Shown piece after piece: positions 18,140 to 26,697 of a stretch of 64,000 nucleotides of DNA. The stretch lies in the sequence record NC_061450.1. One strand, written 5' to 3'. The translations under genes were made by a program, and so were the position numbers. The first letter of the stretch is position 1; each line of letters opens with the position of its first letter. The notes beneath the pieces were generated by a model. It was not told where the DNA came from. It saw only the letters and a list, made by a program, of their open reading frames with translations, and made no database searches.

Positions 18140-19300
18140 ATGACTATGCTACGCAACTTTACCGCTGTATTGCCTGTTACCTGCAACGCTGATTGTGGCT
18201 TTTGTCCTGAGAAAGAAATGGAAGAGAAAGCCAAGCCAAAAGAATGGCAGGCAGCTCTTATCGATGCAATCACTGACAACGAAGATCGTGTTGACCACGT
18301 ATCAATCTCAGGCGGCGAGCCTACGCTGCGCATGAACTTCCTGTTCGATACCATTGACGAGATCTTGTCGCGTACTGGCATCGGCAATGTCGGTCTGACA
18401 ACAAATGGTCGCTTCCTTGAGTCTGCAAACAGCACGCTCAAATTTCTCGATCTGAATACAGACCGAATGCTCCGCAGCAAGCTGAGCCACCTTAATATCT
18501 CCATGCATTCGTTTGACCGTGCTATGGCAAACAAGATTATGGGCGTTGAGTATTCGTGGACGCTGGACGATCTTGTACGCTTTCGCCGCCAGCTCGGCCG
18601 TGATGTTAGCTTTCACATTAACTTTGTTGTTAACCAGCACAACATTGGTAACATCGAACAGGAATTCATCCTGGCACAACGTTTCATGCACGCCAACCCT
18701 ATGATAGACGTGGTGTTCCGTATTGACTACAACAACGATAAACTCAATCGAGAACTGCGGACCTATGGTCAAAGTGTTGAAGCATGGCGCGAAGCAACTC
18801 GTGGTAGTATCAAGGAAGAGAAAGAGGCACGCAAGCGTATTCGCAAACAGCCAAAGCTGTTGCAAACGTTTGATGAGATCTTTAGCGGCAGTCTGACGGA
18901 CATGCTAAATGACGACTGGCTGCCAAGTTCTGACCGTCCTAATACGTCAGCGTGCCCAAGCTGCTTCACGCATCAAAGTCCTGGGATCAATAACAGTTTC
19001 GCCTGGCTTAAGGCAAGCGCGTATGAACCCAACGAAGATGAACCAGAGTTCACAGAGTTGGTATTCCACATGGACGGCAAGCTGTACTATGACTGGTCAC
19101 GCAACACGCCTGTGCATAAAGACAAGCCACTTTCAGCTAAAGCGGTAAAACGTTATCGTGGCCGCCGTGAGTTTGATCTTGAACCGAAAGATGAGCAGCC
19201 CAAGAAGGCAGCTAAAAAGAAAAAGAAAGACGTAGAAGTTAAAGGCGGGAGTTGTACCTTTCGCCAAACTTCTGGCTCATGTACTTTCCGCGGGAATTAA
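18140..19300 (+). CDS. radical SAM protein
   Basis: CNADCGFC (CxxxCxxC); SISGGEPT; LTTNG; C-terminal duplicated GSCTFR. Confidence 0.9.
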   Translation: MTMLRNFTAVLPVTCNADCGFCPEKEMEEKAKPKEWQAALIDAITDNEDRVDHVSISGGEPTLRMNFLFDTIDEILSRTGIGNVGLTTNGRFLESANSTLKFLDLNTDRMLRSKLSHLNISMHSFDRAMANKIMGVEYSWTLDDLVRFRRQLGRDVSFHINFVVNQHNIGNIEQEFILAQRFMHANPMIDVVFRIDYNNDKLNRELRTYGQSVEAWREATRGSIKEEKEARKRIRKQPKLLQTFDEIFSGSLTDMLNDDWLPSSDRPNTSACPSCFTHQSPGINNSFAWLKASAYEPNEDEPEFTELVFHMDGKLYYDWSRNTPVHKDKPLSAKAVKRYRGRREFDLEPKDEQPKKAAKKKKKDVEVKGGSCTFRQTSGSCTFRGN

Positions 19301-19302
19301 TC

Positions 19303-19560
19303 ATGGCAGTAGGCTTTGCAAAAGATGATGGCGTTAACGATACCATCGAAAGCAATATCAATAACGAGATTGATTTTGCTCGTGCCCAACTCATGGGCGT
19401 AGGCTCCGAGTATTGCTTGAATTGTGATTGTGAGATTCCTCTCCGCCGTCGTCAAGCAATGCCCAACGCCAAGTATTGTGTCGAGTGCCAGTCAGATCAT
19501 GATGGCACAAGCCACAGTTATTATAACCGTCGTGGCTCCAAAGACAGCCAGCTGAGGTAA
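19303..19560 (+). CDS. traR: TraR/DksA C4 zinc-finger protein (YbiI-like)
   Basis: MAVGFAKDD..; CLNCDCEIPLRRRQAMPNAKYCVECQ. Confidence 0.85.
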   Translation: MAVGFAKDDGVNDTIESNINNEIDFARAQLMGVGSEYCLNCDCEIPLRRRQAMPNAKYCVECQSDHDGTSHSYYNRRGSKDSQLR

Positions 19561-19562
19561 CA

Positions 19563-19883
19563 ATGAAACTACTTCATCGAATCAAGACACGCCTGCTAGG
19601 TCAGGCTCTTGATGCTAATCCTCACGCCAAGAAAGTTATGGCGTGTTTGATTAAGGTCGGCCCTGATGTTGAAGCAGCGGTGCAGCAACACTTGAACGTG
19701 AAGCGCCCTTTGTATTTAGTTAGTCGCAGTAAACTGCACCGCTTGATAGAATGTGCAGGCATCAAACTAAATGGCGGGGAACAGTACGCCATAGCTTTTC
19801 TTATGCTGGGTAAAAAGATTGGTGAACCAAGTTGCATCAATTTAACCACAGCCGATCTTTTTGCTCCTAAATGGCTTGTATGA
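19563..19883 (+). CDS. hypothetical protein
   Basis: GAGG SD. Confidence 0.75.
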   Translation: MKLLHRIKTRLLGQALDANPHAKKVMACLIKVGPDVEAAVQQHLNVKRPLYLVSRSKLHRLIECAGIKLNGGEQYAIAFLMLGKKIGEPSCINLTTADLFAPKWLV

Positions 19884-19942
19884 GGGCCCTTACCGTGAAT
19901 ACCAAAACCCCAAAACGCAACAAAACAGTATCGAGGTTTTTC

Positions 19943-20419
19943 ATGCCAGCTAAAACTCCATTCAGTCCTCAGCAATACGCTGATCATCAGGCGGAGCAAC
20001 GAGAGTTACGTGAGGAATGGCTGGCTCGCAAGGTCCAAGACGTAAACGAAATCTTGTATAACATGGCAGGTGGTAAGTCTCAAAAAACCATGCTCAACCA
20101 GCGCAATGAAATGGACCCTGACTACATTGACTATATTGTCAATCGCAGTGACGATCCAGACTATAAGCACATCAACAAAGATACCATTCTGATCTTTATC
20201 GATCTCGGTACGTCCTTGGTGTGTGACGATAACCTGCTGACCGACTTTGCTCAGTTGTTTATCGATGTTGGCTGGGGCCCGAATACCTCAGCACATATCC
20301 GCGCTGGATACGAGTTCGATGTATGGCTGGCATTGGAGCCTGTAGTCGAAGCCGATGACATGGATGATTTTCCTGACCCTGATAATCAGGAAGATGATGA
20401 CGAGGAAGAGGACGAATGA
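19943..20419 (+). CDS. hypothetical protein, acidic tail
   Basis: GAGG SD. Confidence 0.8.
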   Translation: MPAKTPFSPQQYADHQAEQRELREEWLARKVQDVNEILYNMAGGKSQKTMLNQRNEMDPDYIDYIVNRSDDPDYKHINKDTILIFIDLGTSLVCDDNLLTDFAQLFIDVGWGPNTSAHIRAGYEFDVWLALEPVVEADDMDDFPDPDNQEDDDEEEDE

Positions 20420-21024
20420 GAAATATCCCACTTTCAGATTTAACTGTAGCCAAGTCCGGTGACCACACAGTTATTTCCATTGACGACAATTATCGTCACA
20501 TCGGTCCTGAGGTCGGCATCTTCTACGAGAAGGCACTTGACCTCAGTGCTCAGGGTTTTAATCGCAATCAAGTGGCGTGCATCATGAATATTCCGCTTGA
20601 AGAAGTAGCACGTCTTGCCACAGGCAATCGTCCTTATCCTGAGATTCATGCGATGAACTCAACGGACGCTCAAGAACTCCCTGTCGTTGAGCAGAACGTT
20701 ATGGAGTTTGAACGTGAGTTGCGTGAGGTTGATCATCTGATTGGTATCGACACGCCTCGCCCTCGCCGTCGTATGGAAAGTCCAGCAATGCGTCAAGCCG
20801 CCCGAATGTCACAGATCAAACGTCGTGAAGCGGACTCGCCTCGCAACGTTGTATATCAGGCGCAAGATGACACTGCCCTGTTTGTTGCTACAGCCGCCAC
20901 AGTGTACGCAGCATCATCCAGCAGTGACAGTGATACCTGTAGTCGTCCAAGCGACAGCTACTCCTCACCTTCGTATGATTCGCCGAGCAGTAGCGGCAGC
21001 GATAGCAGTAGTAGTTGCGACTAA
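20416..21024 (+). CDS. hypothetical protein with Ser-rich C-terminal tail
   Basis: Ends ..SSSGSDSSSSCD. Confidence 0.8.
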   Translation: MRNIPLSDLTVAKSGDHTVISIDDNYRHIGPEVGIFYEKALDLSAQGFNRNQVACIMNIPLEEVARLATGNRPYPEIHAMNSTDAQELPVVEQNVMEFERELREVDHLIGIDTPRPRRRMESPAMRQAARMSQIKRREADSPRNVVYQAQDDTALFVATAATVYAASSSSDSDTCSRPSDSYSSPSYDSPSSSGSDSSSSCD

Positions 21025-21036
21025 GGAGGTCGTATA

Positions 21037-21183
21037 GTGAAACGCTTAATTGCCTTATTCCGTCGCTGGTGGTACAGCGATGAGATTGAACAACGTGAAC
21101 GTCGTCTGCGCCGTATCGATGAGGAACTGAAACTCAAGGCCGAGAACTTCAAGCAACAACCAGCAAAGCGCGTGAGTTGGTAA
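21037..21183 (+). CDS. 48-aa hypothetical protein (not in the ORF track)
   Basis: AAGGAGG SD; GTG start; MKRLIALFRRWW..KRVSW. Confidence 0.7.
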   Translation: MKRLIALFRRWWYSDEIEQRERRLRRIDEELKLKAENFKQQPAKRVSW

Positions 21184-21302
21184 CTAGCCTAGACCAACAA
21201 TACAAACACGAGGCTACCAAAGACAAGCAGCGGTATGGCAGGATGGTGCGCACACAACCTGTCAGGCTTAATCTCATCCTTGCAAGAAGTGTCGAGGCTG
21301 CC

Positions 21303-21632
21303 ATGAGCATACCCGTAGAAATTGTAAAAGACTTTGTATTCGTTAAACGCTTTTGCTACTGGTTAGCTGCGGAGTTGACTCAGGGCACAATGCTGTTAAC
21401 GAACGAAGCAGATCGTGAAACAGTGATCAGCGCCTGTCGAAGTGTGCTGGAATCTTACAAGCCGCACTATGTGGCGTATGTTGTTAATGAAAAAATCTGG
21501 CCTGCTCTTAATGCGGCCATCGAACTTCGCGCTGTTGAAGTCGTTACCCGTGCGGCAAGCGCTGCCGATTGGTTTACTAACGAAAACGCCGAACTGTTCA
21601 TTACTAGAGGACAATTAGATGCGCCCGAATGA
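21303..21632 (+). CDS. hypothetical protein (start uncertain, 21243 or 21303)
   Basis: GAGG SD before 21303. Confidence 0.65.
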   Translation: MSIPVEIVKDFVFVKRFCYWLAAELTQGTMLLTNEADRETVISACRSVLESYKPHYVAYVVNEKIWPALNAAIELRAVEVVTRAASAADWFTNENAELFITRGQLDAPE

Positions 21633-22491
21633 TAAAGCCCAGTTTGATAATCACGAAGTAAATGCCGATGGCGTAATGTTAGAAATCTTGCGTGTCTTTG
21701 GCGATTGCGCTGAAATGCTGATCGTGTGTGATGAAGAACAGCTCCGCGATCTTCTGGTTCAGTTCGGCACCTCCTACAACAACATCGAAGATTCTAATCG
21801 TCTGGAGCTGTTGTATCTGTTGAGCAAAAAAGTTAACGATCAAGACGATGCTCTGCGCGTTGGTGCCTTCTACACAAAAGAGTTTGGTGCTTGTGAGGAC
21901 GATGAAGTCCTGCTTCACCTGTGTGAAGGCCTGATCGATTACGTCGCGCTCAATGACGACGAAGAGGAATCCGACGAGGAAGAAGATGACCTCGACGAAG
22001 ACGAAGAAGATCAAACAACCTGCGATAGCTGCGGCAACGAGTTCGATTCTGTCGGACGTTGTAGTTGCGCCACCAGCTATGACTTTGAACAAGACCACGA
22101 AGAGGATAGTGCCATGATCAAGCCTAAAGAAACAAGCGAAGTGCTGGCAGTTAATTATACCAACGCGGTAAACGCATTGCGTGATGATGTTGTGCTGCCT
22201 ATGATTCCATACATCATTTCTACCGAAGGCGCTGACATTCACGTTCACACCGCCGAGCAGGTTCGTCTGTGGCTGCAACAGGCAACTCAGCGCGATCTGG
22301 AGCACATGCTGCATCATATTGTGGCGCCCGATGAAGATCTGCGTGAACATGAGGTAATTCCTCAGAACCCAAATATGTTCAGCACCAAGCACATGGTACT
22401 GCTGGAAATTCTTAACGAACTCCATCCACAAGATCCACCAGAGCAACATGATGATGACGCAGACGACGAAGACTTCGCATTCAAGAACTAA
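21619..22491 (+). CDS. acidic protein with Cys cluster
   Basis: D/E tract; CDSC..CSC. Confidence 0.8.
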   Translation: MRPNDKAQFDNHEVNADGVMLEILRVFGDCAEMLIVCDEEQLRDLLVQFGTSYNNIEDSNRLELLYLLSKKVNDQDDALRVGAFYTKEFGACEDDEVLLHLCEGLIDYVALNDDEEESDEEEDDLDEDEEDQTTCDSCGNEFDSVGRCSCATSYDFEQDHEEDSAMIKPKETSEVLAVNYTNAVNALRDDVVLPMIPYIISTEGADIHVHTAEQVRLWLQQATQRDLEHMLHHIVAPDEDLREHEVIPQNPNMFSTKHMVLLEILNELHPQDPPEQHDDDADDEDFAFKN

Positions 22492-22507
22492 CACTGAATT
22501 TCCAGGT

Positions 22508-22831
22508 ATGACCGACACGGAAGTCGAGTCTTTCTTACTTAGCCCAGCTTGTGGCTTTATCAAAGTACGCAAGCTGGAGGAAGGTGAGTGGATTGGACTC
22601 CTACGCCTTGCCTTCACTCTCAGTGTTTGTTGCGGCGTTGGGTCTATCACTTGCTTTAAGTATCGCTGGTGCTTTGAAGACCCAGCAGAAGCCGAGCACA
22701 TGTTTGCAACGCTTGAATCCTACGACGATCCTCCGCAAGAAGATCACAGGCACAGTCTACGTGGTCATCGATATTGGGGACGTAAACCTCTTCTCAAAAT
22801 GAAAGATGAAAACGGAATAGACAGATGGTAG
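22508..22831 (+). CDS. hypothetical protein
   Basis: AGG SD; YRWCFED motif. Confidence 0.75.
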   Translation: MTDTEVESFLLSPACGFIKVRKLEEGEWIGLLRLAFTLSVCCGVGSITCFKYRWCFEDPAEAEHMFATLESYDDPPQEDHRHSLRGHRYWGRKPLLKMKDENGIDRW

Positions 22832-23184
22832 AACAGCATATTCTCGCTCGTATCTATGAGCACTGCGCCTCAGGCAAGTCTGATGAGGCTTTTCTTGTCG
22901 AGCTGGTAACTGAGTTTGACGGTGACGCGAACAGCATTAACGAAAACCCTGAGCCGTTCCTCAAGTACCTGCACGCCAAGTGTGATTTTCTTGATTGGTT
23001 CAGCATCATGCTGGTAATTCAGGAACTATGTGGTCGTCAACTGCCTCGTGCATTTGATGAACGCCTTGAAGCCGCTACAACACTTGAAAAGTTTGACCAG
23101 GTGGTAGGTCCTTATTTGGAGCCGGAGCATGAATACCAAGAACGTGAAGATCACGAACACGGAGACACAGATGATTGTGCCTAA
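22825..23184 (+). CDS. hypothetical protein
   Basis: Overlapping operon gene. Confidence 0.75.
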   Translation: MVEQHILARIYEHCASGKSDEAFLVELVTEFDGDANSINENPEPFLKYLHAKCDFLDWFSIMLVIQELCGRQLPRAFDERLEAATTLEKFDQVVGPYLEPEHEYQEREDHEHGDTDDCA

Positions 23185-23638
23185 TGCCCGAGAGCATACG
23201 GGTATGGAAAACGCTGTGATTCTGGTTCAGTCTGAAATCGATGCGGGCATTAAACGCATCGAACAAACTCTGTCAAACTTTGGCCTGTCCGCTAGTGATA
23301 TCTTTTATGACCCTTGCTTCTTTGATGAACTTGAATCTCAAGGCGGCTGGGGCTGTACACTAAGTGAGGCGTCCAGAGAAAAGCTGCGGAATTGTGCTGC
23401 GGTTGAACTTCGAGCCATCGGTATGATGGGCGGCGATGATATCGAACAAATGCTGGATACCATTCGCGATACAGGTAACCAGATGCGTCGCCGTGCTGTG
23501 GCAGTAAGTGCCAGTCGTAGTGCTAAGCCTGACAAGCGTACTGTCCGTCTGGAGCTTACGCTTGCAGAATATGACAGCTTGAAATCAAAAGCTGGTGGCC
23601 AGTCAATCCAAGATTACATCAAAAGGAAACTCTTGTGA
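23171..23638 (+). CDS. hypothetical protein with C-terminal ribbon-helix-helix-like domain
   Basis: RTVRLELTLAEYDSLKSKAGGQSIQDYIKRKL. Confidence 0.55.
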   Translation: MIVPNAREHTGMENAVILVQSEIDAGIKRIEQTLSNFGLSASDIFYDPCFFDELESQGGWGCTLSEASREKLRNCAAVELRAIGMMGGDDIEQMLDTIRDTGNQMRRRAVAVSASRSAKPDKRTVRLELTLAEYDSLKSKAGGQSIQDYIKRKLL

Positions 23639-23916
23639 AAGAACTAAATCCGATTGCCCTGCGTCCTTTGATTAAAAAGTTTCAGAAAGGCAGTGACCCA
23701 CTGACCAACGACGAAGTTCGCAAGCTGCGTGAGTATTATCGTGTAGCCAGCGATGTGGCAAAAGCAGACCCTGCTTTGGAAGGCGTCAGCGCTTACGTCA
23801 ACCTCAGCTATCAGCAACTGGACCGTTACTTTGAAGCGCGTAAGATGAGCGACGACGTTCCTGGTATTCACGGCGATGCTTGTGAAACAGTAAGTAGCCC
23901 ACCACGCAAACCATAA
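23635..23916 (+). CDS. hypothetical protein
   Basis: AAGGA SD; GTGA overlap. Confidence 0.75.
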   Translation: MKELNPIALRPLIKKFQKGSDPLTNDEVRKLREYYRVASDVAKADPALEGVSAYVNLSYQQLDRYFEARKMSDDVPGIHGDACETVSSPPRKP

Positions 23917-23955
23917 TCTGTAAATAACTCATAGGGAGATCTGAAAAGATTTCCC
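23915..23955 (+). promoter_or_regulatory. TGTA-core motif plus 5' hairpin
   Basis: AATCTGTAAATA then GGGAGATCT-GAAA-AGATTTCCC. Confidence 0.5.
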
Positions 23956-23981
23956 ATTGTGCATTCTGCTGGAGAAAAAGT

Positions 23982-24407
23982 ATGCCACGACCTATGTCTA
24001 GTCCCTACCGTTGTATGGAGATTACGCTGCACAACATTCAGGCTTTCTTAGAAGACCTGCAACAGGACAGCGATGCAAAAGAATGTGTTGAACTCATGCA
24101 GCCTCATGTATGCAATCCTGAGATCACTATTCACGCTGCCTATTTTGAAAGCAGGCCAGTAGCTGTCATCGGTATTTATCGCGGTATGTATTTGGCTTTT
24201 GTAATTGTACGCCAGCCGCATCGTAGAAAAGGCGTTGGTCGTTGTTTGATGGACAAGTATGCAACTCAGGTTCAGTCTATCCTGATACCACATGCTGACC
24301 GTAGTGACAGCCTTGCTCACAAGTTTCTCCGCAACGTTGGATGGCGAGACTATAAGCAGATGGACCTTCAGACTGATTCTATGATACGTGAAGACTTTAA
24401 AGCATAG
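23982..24407 (+). CDS. GNAT-family acetyltransferase
   Basis: AFVIVRQPHRRKGVGRCLM; AHKFLRNVGW. Confidence 0.75.
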   Translation: MPRPMSSPYRCMEITLHNIQAFLEDLQQDSDAKECVELMQPHVCNPEITIHAAYFESRPVAVIGIYRGMYLAFVIVRQPHRRKGVGRCLMDKYATQVQSILIPHADRSDSLAHKFLRNVGWRDYKQMDLQTDSMIREDFKA

Positions 24408-24414
24408 GTAATTT

Positions 24415-25392
24415 ATGAAACTCGGTTTCGCCTGCAAGTATATCGACTACCGTGGCAAGCAGCCATTTGCAAGCCGCTCAGTTAATTTCAGCCAACTGTC
24501 AAAGCTCAGCCCTGAACAGCAAATCGACAAGCTGGTTGAGATTGCAGGCCATAATGTAGCTGCCTTGTTCAGCATGATTGAACACGTAGGCAAGCAGCGT
24601 CCTGACTTGCGCATGTTCCGTATCACAAGCGATTTGTTTCCGTTGTTTACGCATCCCAAGGTGCATCACCTGTATGAGCGACACGTCAACCATCTAGTCA
24701 GCCTAGTACTGGCCATGTGTGGTAAAGTTGCTCGTCGGCATGGTGTGCGTCTTAGCTTTCATCCTGGTCAATTCACGGTGCTGGCCAGCGACAAGCCTCA
24801 TGTTGTAGACAACGCAATCGAGGAGCTTGAGTACCACACATGGTGTGCCGTACAGATGGGTTATGGTCAGAAGTTCCAAGATTTCAAGATCAACATTCAT
24901 CTGTCAGGTGCTGGTGGCGCAACTGAGTTTCGTCGTAATTTTAAACGTCTCAGCCCAGAGTGTCGTCGTATGCTCACGGTTGAGAATGATGAAGTCTCCT
25001 CCAGTGTTGAACAGTGTTTGACGCTGGCGGATATCTGTCCTGTTGTTCTCGACATTCATCATCATTGGGTTATGACCAACGAATACATCATGCCCAGTGA
25101 TGCCCGAGTTCAGCAGGTTATTGACTCATGGCGTGGCGTGCGTCCTACCATGCACTACTCTGTGTCGCGTCCTGAGTTCGTTCCTAGTGACCGTCTTCCT
25201 GATCAGAATAAGCTGTCCGTTGCCCGTGGTAAATTGCGTGCTCACTCTGACTACTATCACAACGATGCAGTCAACGAGTGGGCGTTAACGTTTGACCAGT
25301 TCGATATTATGTGTGAGTCAAAGGCAAAGAATCTAGCCCGTACGCTGCTATTGCTAGACAAGCCTTATTCGACAAATCACTGGTCAAAATAG
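24415..25392 (+). CDS. uvsE: UV damage endonuclease UvsE/UVDE
   Basis: MKLGFACK; RMFRITSDLFP; RLSFHPGQFTVL; INIH; LTVENDE; VLDIHHHW; MHYS; AHSD; DIMCESKAKNLA. Confidence 0.93.
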   Translation: MKLGFACKYIDYRGKQPFASRSVNFSQLSKLSPEQQIDKLVEIAGHNVAALFSMIEHVGKQRPDLRMFRITSDLFPLFTHPKVHHLYERHVNHLVSLVLAMCGKVARRHGVRLSFHPGQFTVLASDKPHVVDNAIEELEYHTWCAVQMGYGQKFQDFKINIHLSGAGGATEFRRNFKRLSPECRRMLTVENDEVSSSVEQCLTLADICPVVLDIHHHWVMTNEYIMPSDARVQQVIDSWRGVRPTMHYSVSRPEFVPSDRLPDQNKLSVARGKLRAHSDYYHNDAVNEWALTFDQFDIMCESKAKNLARTLLLLDKPYSTNHWSK

Positions 25393-25424
25393 CGCTAGAT
25401 GCTGTGGGCGGGACATGCTATAAT
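25373..25424 (+). promoter_or_regulatory. sigma70-type early promoter with upstream element
   Basis: CAAAT-CAC-TGGTCAAAAT embedded in the uvsE 3' end; TGc-TATAAT at 25419. Confidence 0.75.
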
Positions 25425-25472
25425 CTGACTAGGCAGATAGTGTCACATTAAACGCTTTATGAGGTATGTTTA

Positions 25473-25772
25473 ATGTATACTGCACCGTCAGAAAAACCCA
25501 AGTCCCGCATCAACGAACTTGACCTGAGCCAGATTAGACTCAAGGTTGTTCCGCCGAGCCGCCGCATGTATCGTCTGGCACTTAACGTGCTGGAGATTGC
25601 ACCTGAGATTAAGCGTGCTGCTCGTCGTGCTGGGATTGTTATGGGTATCGACAATTTCCGTGAAACGTTTACTGGTGAACGTAACGAGATTGTGAATCTT
25701 ATTCAAAAACACCTAGCGCCCAACAACCCTGCCAAACAAAAGGAGTTGGTGCGCCAAATGACTGAGGCGTAA
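25473..25772 (+). CDS. hypothetical protein
   Basis: GAGG SD. Confidence 0.8.
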   Translation: MYTAPSEKPKSRINELDLSQIRLKVVPPSRRMYRLALNVLEIAPEIKRAARRAGIVMGIDNFRETFTGERNEIVNLIQKHLAPNNPAKQKELVRQMTEA

Positions 25773-25773
25773 A

Positions 25774-25968
25774 ATGAAAGTAAGCCCTATACAGGCGCTG
25801 TTTCGATTTCTTGACCTCCCCAGGAAAACTGAGCAACGCCATAAACAACACCAGCAGCAGGGAAAGCCTGCACAAACTGAGTTTGAACAAAAACTATGTG
25901 CATCGATTGCTAGTCGCGAGGCATCCAATCAGGTGTACACTGCCGAAGGTAAGTTAAAGATTCTTTAA
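25774..25968 (+). CDS. hypothetical protein
   Basis: GAGG SD. Confidence 0.65.
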   Translation: MKVSPIQALFRFLDLPRKTEQRHKQHQQQGKPAQTEFEQKLCASIASREASNQVYTAEGKLKIL

Positions 25969-26036
25969 CCTATGCCATCGAACAATGGAACTGTAGCACC
26001 ACTTAACAAAAATAACACTGTGGTTTATCGGGAGAT

Positions 26037-26423
26037 ATGAAAATGATTGTTATCTGCAATAGCAGCATTGACTTTAGCCGTTCTCGTCTGCATCAAGGTG
26101 ATGCGTTTGTGTTTGGCAAGAACAACATGCTAGTACGGGCAGATTTTATTATCCTGACCGACATGACAGGCATGTTCTATGTGATTAGACATTCTGACAT
26201 TGTTTGGCCAGACCGGTTAGAGGGCGCAACTCATGTTGTCAAGATTCGAGCTTTTGCAACAATCCGAAAAATGGAAGTTGTTGCCGCTTGCCCTCGCTTT
26301 GAGCATCGACGCACTGGTACGCTGGCGTTTCGTAATCTTAGTTTTGAACTACGACTCCAGACGTTACCGTTTACTGTAACGGACTTCGGAGAATCTGAAA
26401 ATGCCCCGCTACTTAGTGCATAA
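26037..26423 (+). CDS. hypothetical protein
   Basis: GGGAG SD. Confidence 0.7.
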   Translation: MKMIVICNSSIDFSRSRLHQGDAFVFGKNNMLVRADFIILTDMTGMFYVIRHSDIVWPDRLEGATHVVKIRAFATIRKMEVVAACPRFEHRRTGTLAFRNLSFELRLQTLPFTVTDFGESENAPLLSA

Positions 26424-26637
26424 CTGTTTAACACCTTTTCAGGGCCTTGCGTATGCTGGGCCCGCCATGCAAGAGGCAGGCTATGAAGAAGATGCCGTTG
26501 CTGATTTTGAAAAGCTAGACCAAGCCATTGAATGCGCGGACAAGTTACATGCCGTTGTTGATAGTGGCTGGTTAGTTGTCCATTCATTTAACGAACGGGT
26601 GCTGTATGATTCTCGCGCCGCCCAGCGCATAGGATAG
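26401..26637 (+). CDS. hypothetical protein
   Basis: GGAG SD. Confidence 0.7.
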   Translation: MPRYLVHNCLTPFQGLAYAGPAMQEAGYEEDAVADFEKLDQAIECADKLHAVVDSGWLVVHSFNERVLYDSRAAQRIG

Positions 26638-26674
26638 TGTAAATATCAATTACTGCATGGCTTGCGGGCCATGC
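26638..26674 (+). promoter_or_regulatory. TGTAAATA motif plus 5' hairpin
   Basis: TGTAAATA then GCATGGC..GCCATGC. Confidence 0.45.
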
Positions 26675-26697
26675 TTCCCTCTTCTCAAGGACTAAAC

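Noticed and set aside
21679-22701. 340-aa minus-strand ORF (and similar ones at 48278-48883, 53096-53560, 56446-57165)
   Set aside because: Completely overlap well-supported + strand genes in a uniformly + strand region; no recognisable motifs
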